Below, piece by piece: positions 11,154 through 21,123 of a DNA stretch of 64,000 bases. The translations under genes and the position numbers were made by a program. The stretch lies in assembly GCA_965218425.1 (NCBI GenBank), contig OZ244621.1, positions 3,296,001-3,360,000 on the forward strand, written 5' to 3'. The notes below the pieces were generated by a model that saw nothing but the letters and a program-made list of their open reading frames with translations, had not been told where the DNA came from and did no database searches. Within the stretch, counting starts at the first letter, position 1; each line of letters opens with the position of its first letter. Source of the DNA: an uncultured Candidatus Binatia bacterium. Its GTDB lineage: Bacteria; Desulfobacterota; Binatia; UBA9968; CAXXLF01.

Positions 11154-13283
11154 CTACTTGGCGACGGCCAGGATGTCCACAGCGGTAGCCCCCTCACCGG
11201 CTGGTGAGATGACGAGCGGGTTGATTTCGAACTGATCGATCTCGTCTTCGAAGTCCACGGACAGACGGGACAGCTGCCAGATGACATTGGCCAATGCGTC
11301 GATATCGGACTTTGGCATGCCACGGGCGCCCTGGAGGATCTCTTTCCCCCGGATCTCGTTGATCATGTCATAGGCCACTTCGAGCCCAAACGGCGGCCGC
11401 CGAAACGAGACGTCTTTCAAAACCTCAACAAAAACGCCTCCCAGACCAAACATAACCACCGGACCGAGCCCCCGCTCCGTGGTGATCCCCACGATGGCCT
11501 CCGCCGTCCCACGGATCATCTTCTGCACCACCACCCCCTCTACCGTAGCGTTTGGGACCTGCCTCTTTGTTGAGTCAACGATCCGTTGAAAGCCCTGCTT
11601 TAAACCGTCGAGGGATTGGATGTTGAGAATCACACCTCCCACATCGGTTTTATGAGGCACATCCGGCGAGGCAACTTTCAGCGCAATCGGAAAACCGGTC
11701 TTAGCCGCTATGGTTTCGGCGGCGTCGGGAGTTGTGGCAAGGCCACCCTGGGCCACCGGCACTTGGTATAGCGATAGCAGCTCCATCCCCAGTTGGTAGG
11801 GCAGGGACTTTTGGTGATGCTTCGCTATGGTCGCCCTCAATGAGGAGAGACGATGGTCCGACTTGGGAAGATTATTATTTTCACTGGCGCTGCGCCGGCA
11901 AAGCTCTTGGTAGCGTAACCACGCCTTGATCGCCTTCAACCCCTTTTCGTATTCCTGCACGAAGGGGATCCCCAGCTCGGCGAAATACTCAAGCCAATTG
12001 AGATCGATCCCTTCTGACGCTCGCGTCATGAAAATCACGAGCTTTTGATTGGCCGTGGCGAACTGGGCGATGCGACGGCAGTCCTGTTTCGATTCGTCAG
12101 TGGGGTTGGAGGGTAGGTTCAACCGGCAGCAAATAATTTCGAGGGGAGGTTCGGTGATGAATAGTTCGATGGAATCGTAGAATCCCGCTTCGTTCTGGCG
12201 CCTTAGGTTTTCAATGTCCAGAGGATTGCCCAGGAGAGTGGTCTTACCCAGATACTCGCCGATCTTTTGGCGTTTGTGAGGTGAAAGCTCCGGTAGCCGG
12301 ACGTCTAATCGCTCGCAGAGGTCGGACAGAAACGAACAGTCCCCTCCTGAAATGCTGATGAGTCCAACCCCTCCTTGCACCATGGGCCGGGGTGCTTTCA
12401 GTCCAGAGAAGAGGACGATGGTTTCCAGGAATTCGTCGAAGTTGGCAACGAGGGTCACGCCCATTTGCTGCAATATGGAATCCCAAGCCCTACCCGTCGC
12501 CGCAAGGTTACCCGTGTGGGCGGCAACGTTGCGGCGGGAGCGGTCGGTTTTACCCACGCGCATGGCGATCACCGGCTTTCCCAGCTCCAGGGCCCGGGCC
12601 AACGCCTTGAGGAGGTCACGAGGTCTAGTGATGGCTTCGATGTAAAGCATGATCACATGGGTCCCCGAGTCCTCAACGATATTGGCTAGATAGTCTTCCA
12701 GAGCGAGAGATGCCTGGTTACCCGTGGATACGGCGATGCGAAAACCTAGGTTGCGTAAGGGTATCTGTTTGAGAAATAGGGACAACGCGCCGCTGCTTTG
12801 GAAAACGGCACTGATGTTACCCGCGGGAAAGAAGACGGGGAGATCGGCGGACCAAAGACCTAGGTTGTGTCCCGGCACCACGTAGCCCATGCAGTTTGGG
12901 CCGCATATGAGAAAGCCGTGGGCTTCCGAGATCTCGGTAATTTGTTGCTGAAGTCGGTCTCCCTCCTCTCCCGCCTCGGCGAAACCATCCGCAAAGATAA
13001 GGGCCCCTTTGACGTTTTTCTCGATGCACTGCTGAACGGACGGAAGGACGTTGTCTCGGTTGGTGGCAATGACTGCTATGTCCACTGGTTCGGGCAGTTC
13101 GAAAATATTTTTAAAGCACGGTAACCCGAACACGTGACTCCGGTTGGGATTGATTGGAAAGAGGCGGTCGTGGGGAAAACCGAAGCGCTCCAGGTTTCTG
13201 AACACCCCGGCCGCTCTGCTTCGTTCCGATGCGCCGATGACTGCAACGGTGTTACCATTGAGCAAGGGAGTTGGATCCTTCAT
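11154..13283 (-). CDS. Acetate/acyl-CoA ligase (ADP-forming) family, fused alpha-beta
   Basis: AVIGAS CoA-binding start, GPNCMG, AAHTG phospho-His, HKTDVGGV ATP-grasp, EINPL. Confidence 0.9.
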   Translation of the reverse strand: MKDPTPLLNGNTVAVIGASERSRAAGVFRNLERFGFPHDRLFPINPNRSHVFGLPCFKNIFELPEPVDIAVIATNRDNVLPSVQQCIEKNVKGALIFADGFAEAGEEGDRLQQQITEISEAHGFLICGPNCMGYVVPGHNLGLWSADLPVFFPAGNISAVFQSSGALSLFLKQIPLRNLGFRIAVSTGNQASLALEDYLANIVEDSGTHVIMLYIEAITRPRDLLKALARALELGKPVIAMRVGKTDRSRRNVAAHTGNLAATGRAWDSILQQMGVTLVANFDEFLETIVLFSGLKAPRPMVQGGVGLISISGGDCSFLSDLCERLDVRLPELSPHKRQKIGEYLGKTTLLGNPLDIENLRRQNEAGFYDSIELFITEPPLEIICCRLNLPSNPTDESKQDCRRIAQFATANQKLVIFMTRASEGIDLNWLEYFAELGIPFVQEYEKGLKAIKAWLRYQELCRRSASENNNLPKSDHRLSSLRATIAKHHQKSLPYQLGMELLSLYQVPVAQGGLATTPDAAETIAAKTGFPIALKVASPDVPHKTDVGGVILNIQSLDGLKQGFQRIVDSTKRQVPNATVEGVVVQKMIRGTAEAIVGITTERGLGPVVMFGLGGVFVEVLKDVSFRRPPFGLEVAYDMINEIRGKEILQGARGMPKSDIDALANVIWQLSRLSVDFEDEIDQFEINPLVISPAGEGATAVDILAVAK

Positions 13284-13350
13284 TGCTTTCCCGTTCCCGG
13301 GCCTTTACCAAAGAGACCCATTAGCAACTTTACAGTAAAATTTATTGCGT

Positions 13351-14082
13351 TTATTGAGGCAAGGGCCATTCCCGGAGTAGCCGCCCTCCACCCTCAATGT
13401 GAAATTTCAGATCTAGTTTAGTCAGAATATGCCATAGCATTGCCGGGTTGCTTGCAACCGTTGTGGTCTTTAGGTCGTGCTCGATGCGTTCCAAGACGGG
13501 CAGCGGGTCGAGGCGACCCCCCTGAAAGTAGATCCCATCTGCCCCTGAGTTGGCGGTGAGCTCACGCTTTGCGAGTGCGAAGACCTCGTCTGGAGCCGCC
13601 GCGGCAGCGGCTTCGATGCTGGTAAAGTATCTTGTGGGTAATAGCGGCTGTATGCCGGACTGGCTGAGATAAGCTGCCAGGCGTTCGTTCAATGGTGCAT
13701 CGAATGGTGTTAAGAGCAGGGGCCTTCGAATGAGCAGGGCGCGCATTGCCGCGATACTCGCCTCCAAAGCGGTGGTTACGGGAATTCCTATGGCATCCCG
13801 GATCCGCAGGATCGCCTCGGGGTAAAGGAGCTCATTTGGAGCCACGGGCAGCGCAATGGCGTCCCACTTTCGTTCCCCCACTAGGGTTGCGGCCCTTTGG
13901 ACGTACTCATGGACTATCTGCAGTTGGGGGCGATGTGATTCATGCCACAAGCTGAGTCCCTCCACTTGCAGTTCAACTCCCCTCGGCACCAGGGCGAGCA
14001 GGCCTTCGTAGTGACGTGCTCGGGTACCGCCGGTTCCACGACCGCTGAGAAATGCGATGGTTGTCTGGTGTTGCCGCGTCAT
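13351..14082 (-). CDS. Maleate isomerase/arylmalonate decarboxylase-like protein (Asp/Glu racemase superfamily), Cys-less
   Basis: GIPVTT, LLTPF, ADGIYF, VASNPAMLW, GGGRLL family pattern. Confidence 0.75.
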   Translation of the reverse strand: MTRQHQTTIAFLSGRGTGGTRARHYEGLLALVPRGVELQVEGLSLWHESHRPQLQIVHEYVQRAATLVGERKWDAIALPVAPNELLYPEAILRIRDAIGIPVTTALEASIAAMRALLIRRPLLLTPFDAPLNERLAAYLSQSGIQPLLPTRYFTSIEAAAAAAPDEVFALAKRELTANSGADGIYFQGGRLDPLPVLERIEHDLKTTTVASNPAMLWHILTKLDLKFHIEGGGRLLREWPLPQ

Positions 14083-14183
14083 GACAATTCCCTCAGGTGA
14101 AGGCGGGAAACCAACCCTGACCGGTCTCCGTAATTCGCACGCAGATTACTCTTGGGCGATCGATATTGTCAACCACCACTCAT

Positions 14184-14434
14184 CGCTCCTCGGGGAGCGA
14201 TCCTCCGGCCGCGGGCAATAGGCCGGTGATTATCCGAAGCGGAACGTTCGATGCCCACGGCCTTACGTCTCGCTCCCCTGCGTCGCCTTCCGGATTGGGG
14301 CGCAGGGGACCTGCCTCGAAAAAAGGAAGACGTCCGATACTGGAGGCTCCAATCACATTAGCATGCCGGATGAAATGACGAAGCCTCGAGGCAGAGGCCC
14401 ATCGGCTCCCGTTGAGGGGCGGGCCCCCAGCCCC
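14184..14434 (+). repeat. Structured intergenic repeat, copy A (full length)
   Basis: Aligns over ~250 bp with 57421-57672; multiple hairpins. Confidence 0.85.
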
Positions 14435-14553
14435 TTTTATTATTAATGATCTGCTTCTCAGGCGTTGAAACCTTCGCTGTCTTCACATACCAGCAATCAT
14501 CCTATATAAAGGGTCATTCGTCGGTAATGATTACTTGAGGAGGATATAGAAAA

Positions 14554-15654
14554 GTGATGAAATTTATTGATGCTGACGCCCACGTGGAAGAGTCTGATGA
14601 GATGTGGAAGCTGCTGGATCCGGCCTTTTCCTCACGACGCCCTATCCCCGTGAGCCTTCCCGAGGACACAACCTTCGGTAGATTCAACGCCTTCTGGCTT
14701 ATCGACGGGGAGGTCTTCCCCAAAATGTACGGTAGGGTTTATTTTACCTTCGGTTCGCCGCCCATCTCCGATGTCGCAAAAGCAAAGGCCGTTACGATTC
14801 CTTCCCAAACCCTGGCGGATGTACCCGCGCGTATCAAAGACCTCGATGCCATGGGGATCGAAACACAGGTGGTTTTCCCAACTTTGTTCCTCGCCCCCGT
14901 GTGTGAAGATGTGGAATATGAGGCGGCTCTGTGCCGGGCCTACAATGATTTCATGGGTGCGGCTTCCCAGAAGAGTGGAGGAAGGATCCGGTGGGCGGCG
15001 GTGCTGCCCGTTCGAGATGCCCGCAGAGCGGCTGACGAAATAAGCCGGGTGAAATCTCAGGGTGCGGTGACCACGATCCTTCTGAGTTTCGTATGGGATT
15101 TGCCACTGGATAGCCGGCAGTTTTATCCATTTTATGAGGCATGTGCGGCAGAGAACTTTCCGGTTTCCATCCACCTTGGATGGGGGTCGCCATCCATAAA
15201 CCGGCTCTTCGACACCAGGACCCAGACGCGCTACACCTCATCGGCCAATTCCGTTCCCCTGCTCATGGCGTTCAATTCCATGACGGCGGGTGGTGTTCTG
15301 GATGACGTGCCGGGGCTCAGAGTGTCGTTCCTCGAGATTGGCGTCGAGTGGGTGTCCTATGCCACCAGATTTGGCAACCGTCGGCGGCGGGCGGGAGAGG
15401 GGCGCGCCCAAAAGCCCCTTGAAGACTATTTCCGGGACGGGCAGGTTTATATCAGTTGCGAGCCCGACGAGGATATTCCCTACGTCATGCAGCGCATTGG
15501 GGCGGATGGACTGATGCTGGCTTCGGATTATCCCCACGAAGATCCCATGGCCGAGGGGAATCTTCTCGCGGAATTGACTAGGCGGGAGGATCTATCTGAC
15601 GAGATAAAGAATAAGATTCTAATGGAGAATCCCGCCCGATTTTACGGCCTCTAG
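14554..15654 (+). CDS. Amidohydrolase family protein (Amidohydro_2)
   Basis: FIDADAH, VSIHLG, LASDYPH; paralogue of 10062-11141. Confidence 0.9.
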   Translation: MMKFIDADAHVEESDEMWKLLDPAFSSRRPIPVSLPEDTTFGRFNAFWLIDGEVFPKMYGRVYFTFGSPPISDVAKAKAVTIPSQTLADVPARIKDLDAMGIETQVVFPTLFLAPVCEDVEYEAALCRAYNDFMGAASQKSGGRIRWAAVLPVRDARRAADEISRVKSQGAVTTILLSFVWDLPLDSRQFYPFYEACAAENFPVSIHLGWGSPSINRLFDTRTQTRYTSSANSVPLLMAFNSMTAGGVLDDVPGLRVSFLEIGVEWVSYATRFGNRRRRAGEGRAQKPLEDYFRDGQVYISCEPDEDIPYVMQRIGADGLMLASDYPHEDPMAEGNLLAELTRREDLSDEIKNKILMENPARFYGL

Positions 15655-15668
15655 ATCTTTTTACTTAT

Positions 15669-16340
15669 ATGTGCGGTCGCTATACACAGACGGCAAGTCC
15701 TGAGGACCTGATCTTCCGCTTTGGTTTTAGCATGCAGGAGGTCGTCCTAAAGCCGCGCTACAACCTGGCGCCGGGGCAGCTCGCCCCAGTCATTGTAAAT
15801 GAAGGACCCAAGATGCTGGTTATGATGCAGTGGGGATTGGTGCCTTCCTGGGCCAAGGAACCCTCCATCGGCTATAAGATGATCAACGCCCGTGCCGAAA
15901 CACTGGCTGAAAAGACCAGTTTCAAGAGACTGCTGCCGAGCAGGAGATGTCTGATCCTCGCCGATGGCTTTTACGAGTGGGCCAAGCTGAAAGGGGGCAA
16001 GGCGCCCGTGCGATTTTTTCTGAAGGGCGGTGCACCCTTCGCCTTCGCTGGTCTGTGGGATCGGTGGAAAAAACCCGATGGAAATGAGCTCAGGACCTAT
16101 ACCGTTATCACCACCCAGGCCAATGAGTTGCTTAAGCCGGTTCATGACAGGATGCCGGTCATCCTCACTCAAGAGAACGAGGAGAAATGGCTGGATCTGG
16201 AATGGAAAGATTCGCAAAAGCTGGGGGAGCTGTTGAAACCTTACGAAGCAGTCGAGATGGAGTCCCATTATGTCTCGCCCATGGTAAACTCGCCGAAGAA
16301 TGATCTGGCCCAGTGCATCCAGCCGGTGGACGGTCCCTGA
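15669..16340 (+). CDS. SOS response-associated peptidase (SRAP/YedK)
   Basis: MCGRY N-terminus, INARAET, GFYEW, HDRMPVIL. Confidence 0.95.
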   Translation: MCGRYTQTASPEDLIFRFGFSMQEVVLKPRYNLAPGQLAPVIVNEGPKMLVMMQWGLVPSWAKEPSIGYKMINARAETLAEKTSFKRLLPSRRCLILADGFYEWAKLKGGKAPVRFFLKGGAPFAFAGLWDRWKKPDGNELRTYTVITTQANELLKPVHDRMPVILTQENEEKWLDLEWKDSQKLGELLKPYEAVEMESHYVSPMVNSPKNDLAQCIQPVDGP

Positions 16341-16509
16341 TGGCACTTCCCGAATCCTCGAGTTGAATCCAGAGTTACAGCTAAAGAATCTCCCCTAGAA
16401 ATCTAGTCCTACGGCTTAGCCTTGGGGCGGCGTTCAATCTCAAGGACTCTGGCTCGCCGTTCGACCGACACTAGGTCATGGTTTTTCCCCGGACCACGAG
16501 CAGAGCAGG

Positions 16510-17514
16510 TTAAGCTGCGAGAAGCCGGTCCACCGCGCGGTTTTCGATGACCTCCAAGCCACACTTCTCGAGGAGCTCACGGAGCTTTCGGACCTCCTCC
16601 GGCCTGGGCTTCGGCATGGGAGGGCGCATGAAAGGCTCGGGGATGAGACCGCGTAACCAGCAGGCGATTTTGTAGCGGGTGTGCAGTCGATAATCTTCGC
16701 CGAAACCGTAGACGTACTCGTGCAACTCAGCCATTCCCGAATTCCAGATTTTGCGCGCCTTTTCTATGTCGCCTCTCCGCCACGCCTCGATGTGATCGAT
16801 CATGGGTTCCATGGCGTAATTGAAAGAGCCGGTGACGGTGCCGTCCACTTGTCCCGTGGCCCAGAACTCATGAAAGCACACAGCCGAGGCGGCCAGAATG
16901 GCCACGCGTCGGGGGAGTTGGCGCAGGCCGCGGGCGATGACCCGATAACCGTTGTAAGGATAAGTCATCTTCCAGCCGATGATCTGCGGAATATCAGTGC
17001 ACATCTTTATCGTTGCCGACAGAGGCAGCCCGTGCCCGAACTTGGGAGTGGTGGAGGAGACGGGGTGGGTGATGGCCGGGAGGTCCACGGCATCACAGAC
17101 TTCCTTGGCCATATCTACCCAAACGTCCGGATATCGTTCCGCGTTCCAAGAACCGGTCACATCCATGGCTCCCATGGGTGGAATCAAGAAGACCCCATTG
17201 GCCCCCGCCGCCTTGGCGTCACGGGCATCCTGAACGGTGTCTTTGGTGGTGGGTGCGATTACACCAGCAAATACGGGTACCTTTCCGCCACACTCTTCGA
17301 TGGCGATTTCCACGTTGCGTCGTTTTTCCTCCCGCGATAGGTAGAAAACCTCACCGGCTTCGGGGTTAATCACGATTCCCCCGCCCGCATTCACAAACTT
17401 TGGCTGCATGAAATAGCGTAGGAATTCACGCAGCCCAGCCTCATCGATGTCGGTGGTTCCCGGCTTATAGGGCAAACATACCGCGACGTATAGACGTTCA
17501 AGGTCATTGGCCAT
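16510..17514 (-). CDS. Dihydrodipicolinate synthase/class I aldolase family protein
   Basis: AGEVFYLSREEK, VPVFAGV, Schiff-base Lys in IIGWKMT. Confidence 0.85.
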   Translation of the reverse strand: MANDLERLYVAVCLPYKPGTTDIDEAGLREFLRYFMQPKFVNAGGGIVINPEAGEVFYLSREEKRRNVEIAIEECGGKVPVFAGVIAPTTKDTVQDARDAKAAGANGVFLIPPMGAMDVTGSWNAERYPDVWVDMAKEVCDAVDLPAITHPVSSTTPKFGHGLPLSATIKMCTDIPQIIGWKMTYPYNGYRVIARGLRQLPRRVAILAASAVCFHEFWATGQVDGTVTGSFNYAMEPMIDHIEAWRRGDIEKARKIWNSGMAELHEYVYGFGEDYRLHTRYKIACWLRGLIPEPFMRPPMPKPRPEEVRKLRELLEKCGLEVIENRAVDRLLAA

Positions 17515-17547
17515 GGCAATACCTCCGTTGAATGATGCTCGGAGAAA

Positions 17548-17578
17548 GTTAAAACGTTTTTTAGTCGAAACGTTTATT
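17548..17578. promoter_or_regulatory. Candidate operator: two AAACGTTT palindromes upstream of the DapA-family gene
   Basis: AAAACGTTTT and AAACGTTT about 17 bp apart, 35-60 bp upstream of the start codon. Confidence 0.3.
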
Positions 17579-17654
17579 TAGGAGCTATCTTGACCCGAAA
17601 GTACCCAATTAAAGAAAATCTGTCAACTTATGGCGGGGTGTGGTACGGCGAATT

Positions 17655-18020
17655 CGGTTCCGTGAGCCGAGAGCTTCAGCCCTGGTAAAAGTGTGGGAAT
17701 GTTCTTACAGGAACTGGCGTCCCTTCGCTACAGTGGCCCCTCGGCGGGAAGCCTTAGTTGCTCGCTTCGGGCAGCCTCAAAATTCGTTGCGCTCAAACAG
17801 TCGATGCGGCTTTTCCTCAGCTTCGCAGAGGCTTCCAACGCCTCAGGACCAATCTTTCGCTTAGGGACGCCAGCTTCCATTGGGTCGAAAGTGTCCCTAC
17901 CTTTGGACTTGGCCTCCTTCGCACGAGTCCGGCACGCGACGAAGGGGAGTGAGGGGGAAGGCCGTGGACATCGAACGTGTAGCTTCAGATATCCACTGGC
18001 CTATTGCCCGCGGCGTGAAC
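17655..18020 (-). repeat. Structured intergenic repeat, copy B (divergent, interrupted by a palindromic insert)
   Basis: Reverse complement has GCCGCGGGCAATAGGCC...ATATCTGAAGC..ACGTTCGATGTCCACG...CCCCTTCGTCGC; homology resumes (GGCTGAAGCTCTCGGCTCACG) beyond the insert. Confidence 0.75.
17710..17878. repeat. Palindromic MITE/REP-like insert
   Basis: Terminal IR CTGGCGTCCCT (17714-17724) / AGGGACGCCAG (17863-17873); nested GGAAGCCT/AGGCTTCC. Confidence 0.65.
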
Positions 18021-18067
18021 GAAGTTCAAACGGCAATAATGGAGAATGTGTGTTCTCCGACAATTGA

Positions 18068-19021
18068 TTAGGTATGTGAACCGTGACCAAAAGTGCTTTC
18101 GTAGTCCGGTCGGCGCTCCTCTGTCAAATATTGCTTTTCCAATTCTTTGATCTTGTCCATTTCAAGAAGCGGTGAGCTGTGGCGGGGAACCGCACCCCAG
18201 CGACTTGCCCTGCCTCGTTCAGCCCACTCCTGTAAGGCAACCGGTCCTCGTTCCTTGAACTCGTTCAGGAAATCCCACGTGGCCTGGAGACCAATGGAAG
18301 TGGTGAGGGCAGGGTAGAGGATGCCCGCTGCTCCCATGGCCTGGTACTCTTCATGGGTGGGGGACGGGGGTGGTCCGTAATAGGGAGCCAGCACTGGTGC
18401 GGGGATGCGCCGGCAGGCTTCTTTGATCTCTTCCCGGGTTCGTAGGGTGTTGACCCATACGGCGTCCACCTTTGCCTCCTTGACGTAGGCGATGCACCGT
18501 TCAATGGTTTCCCCAAAGGTTCCTCCCACGGTGCCAATGAGGTCGCATCGAGCAATGATGACAAAATCAGGGTCCAGTTCATTCCTTGCGGCTACGGCGG
18601 CCTTATACTTACCAATAGCTTCTTGCTTCGAGATACAACTACGACCTGCGGAGGTTCCGGATTTTTTAGGGGCCTCCTGATCTTCGATGTGAATTGCTGC
18701 GACTCCTGCCCGTATGAATTGCTGTACGGTGTAGTAAACGTTCACCGCGTTTCCATATCCGGTGTCGGCATCGGCAAAAATGGGAATACTGCAGCTTGAG
18801 GCTAGACGTCGACTGTTGTCCACCATGTCGTTGAGGGTGATGATTCCCACATCGGGAAGCCCGTGGACGAAGGCAGCGGTCTGGGACCCTGCCATAAAAA
18901 AGGCCTCAAAGCCGATCATTTGTGCCATCCTGGCATGCAGGGGACTAAATCCACCGGGAATAATGAGAAGTTCTTTTCCTCCGAGTCGTTCGCGAAATCG
19001 ACGGGCCATTTTTTCAGCCAT
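18068..19021 (-). CDS. Isocitrate lyase/PEP mutase family protein (alternative start 19039)
   Basis: GLPDVG, DADTGYG, HIEDQ, IIARCD. Confidence 0.9.
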   Translation of the reverse strand: MAEKMARRFRERLGGKELLIIPGGFSPLHARMAQMIGFEAFFMAGSQTAAFVHGLPDVGIITLNDMVDNSRRLASSCSIPIFADADTGYGNAVNVYYTVQQFIRAGVAAIHIEDQEAPKKSGTSAGRSCISKQEAIGKYKAAVAARNELDPDFVIIARCDLIGTVGGTFGETIERCIAYVKEAKVDAVWVNTLRTREEIKEACRRIPAPVLAPYYGPPPSPTHEEYQAMGAAGILYPALTTSIGLQATWDFLNEFKERGPVALQEWAERGRASRWGAVPRHSSPLLEMDKIKELEKQYLTEERRPDYESTFGHGSHT

Positions 19022-19347
19022 GGGGACCTCACTTTCCATCTGATATCATGGGTTGCTTGAACTGAAGGGGAGGGTATCCGATATCGCTTTACTCTGTCAA
19101 CGAAACAGGGACTTTTGTGGTTCAAATCAGTTCCTGAGCCCCCAATTTTGAGCTTGGGAACAGATGACTCGGATCCCCCTTGCCAGGTTCACTCTAACAT
19201 ATTGGCTATTCCAAATATCTCGTTGTCTCTTCCGGTTGACATCTCAATGAGACTTTACTAAGTAGAAATTCTTCCTTGGCCCCACTCGGGGCAAAGGAAT
19301 CCCATCAGCTGGTATGCGAGACCGGCCATACATCGTTAGGAGGAACC

Positions 19348-20343
19348 ATGATCATCGATGCGCACAATCACGTTGTGGCGGGCAGGGAGTTGGGCGCCTA
19401 TCAGTCAGGGTTGTTGAACGGGCGCGGGTTTCACGGCAAAGGGAATCCGGGGATTACTGAGGATAGTATTGCACGAGCAAAATGGCAGGGTTACAAGCAT
19501 TCTGAAGTTTTGGATGAAGTGGGGACGGATATGGCTTTCATATCACCTCGGCCGTACACCATGATGCATTCCGAGAAACCAGAAAAGATCGTTCACTGGT
19601 ACTGTGAGGCGACCAATGACGCCATCGCCATCGCGGTGAAGCTGGAGCCTAAGCGGTTTAAAGGCATCGGAGGGCTTCCGCAGTGCGTGGGAGTGAGCCC
19701 CAGCAATACTTTTGACGAACTGAATCGTTGCGTTAAGGAGATGGGTTTCGTCGGAGTCATGATCAATCCGGATCCAGGAGAAGGAGATGGTTTGACGCCA
19801 GGGATGGGTGATGAATACTGGTATTCTCTCTATGAAAAGATGGTGGAGCTCGACGTGGCGGGACTGGTGCACCCGGCCAGTTGTCGCAACCCTCGTGAGT
19901 CCTTTCATGGTCACTTCATTACCGAGGAGTCCATCGCAATCCTGTCCCTCGCTCATTCGAAGGTGTTTGAAGATTTTCCTGAGCTCAAGCTAGTGATTTG
20001 TCACGGTGGAGGGTCCATACCCTACCAAGTAGGACGTTGGCGCTCACAGCTCCGGGGCCCCAACAACACCGAGACTTTCGACGAGCACCTCAAGAAACTC
20101 TATTTTGATACCGCACTTTACAACACTGAATCATTGGATTTGCTCTTCAAAATTGTTGGCCCGGATCGTTGCCTTTTTGGCACCGAGCGGCCGGGGGCAG
20201 GTTCAAAAATCAATCCGCGTACGGGGAAATGGTACGATGACGTGAAGCCTTTGATTGAAGGCATTTCGTTTTTAACTGCTGAGGATAGGGAGAAAATCTT
20301 TCATAAGAACGCAGAACAGGTGTTTGCGAAAGTAGGACTGTAA
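19348..20343 (+). CDS. Amidohydrolase, 4-oxalomesaconate hydratase (LigJ)-like
   Basis: MIIDAHNH, ISPRP, NPDPG, HGGGSIPYQ, YFDT, FGTE; RBS AGGAGG. Confidence 0.8.
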   Translation: MIIDAHNHVVAGRELGAYQSGLLNGRGFHGKGNPGITEDSIARAKWQGYKHSEVLDEVGTDMAFISPRPYTMMHSEKPEKIVHWYCEATNDAIAIAVKLEPKRFKGIGGLPQCVGVSPSNTFDELNRCVKEMGFVGVMINPDPGEGDGLTPGMGDEYWYSLYEKMVELDVAGLVHPASCRNPRESFHGHFITEESIAILSLAHSKVFEDFPELKLVICHGGGSIPYQVGRWRSQLRGPNNTETFDEHLKKLYFDTALYNTESLDLLFKIVGPDRCLFGTERPGAGSKINPRTGKWYDDVKPLIEGISFLTAEDREKIFHKNAEQVFAKVGL

Positions 20344-21123
20344 CCACAGAATCGTCGCGGACCTGGCCCTCCCATTGAATCAAGATTGGGGAGAGGAGAT
20401 AGCCTGACACCTTCAGCGATGAACCTGGTCCATTGGTGCAATCCCATACGGGACGAGTTGGCGATTCCTCCGTGCTTGCAGCCTTCGGAGAAATGGACTT
20501 ACGCCTCGCCTGTCGCCATGTAGATAGCCTTAAGGGCAATCTAGGGATCGGCTGAGCCGCTTTCTCCGGTTCACGCGCGATCTCAGCGCAGGCCTCGCAT
20601 GCCTTTATATCCAGTACTTCGCTCAATACGTGGAAGCGGACCTACCTTTTGCTCCACAACTGTCCACGAAATAACTCCACCAGTGGCCAGCAGCCTTCTT
20701 TATATTTCTCAGTGGGGGTTATGAATGGGGCAGCAACGATTGGCGAGGATCCGAATGGACCCACATAAGACTTTGAAATTGAGGCTAACGCAGAGGGGAT
20801 GTCAGACGATTTTCTCAATCTGATTTCCCAGCCGCCGGTCAAGATCTCCCTCTGGTTGCTGTCAACTGCAGCAGCATTCGTTCCCGGAATGGCATTTTGC
20901 CGTTAGTCGACCCAGAAGAGCTTCGCTAGGCATAGATATTGCCTCATCAGGCAACCTATAAATTATTACTAAGGCTTCGCCGTTTTTTATGTCGTTTGGA
21001 TTCCACGGAGACTTTTGTGTCCAGAGGCCTCCAAGCAAAAGTCCTTCAATTCCAGCACACGGTGTGGCACGCTAGTTATTGTATACTTGTATCCATAGAG
21101 ATTGTTCGCTCGAGGAAGCAATT

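Noticed and set aside
16681..17340. Long antisense ORFs opposite real genes (also 15747-16346, 25270-25839, 41780-42337)
   Set aside because: Expected in GC-rich coding DNA; no motifs or RBS
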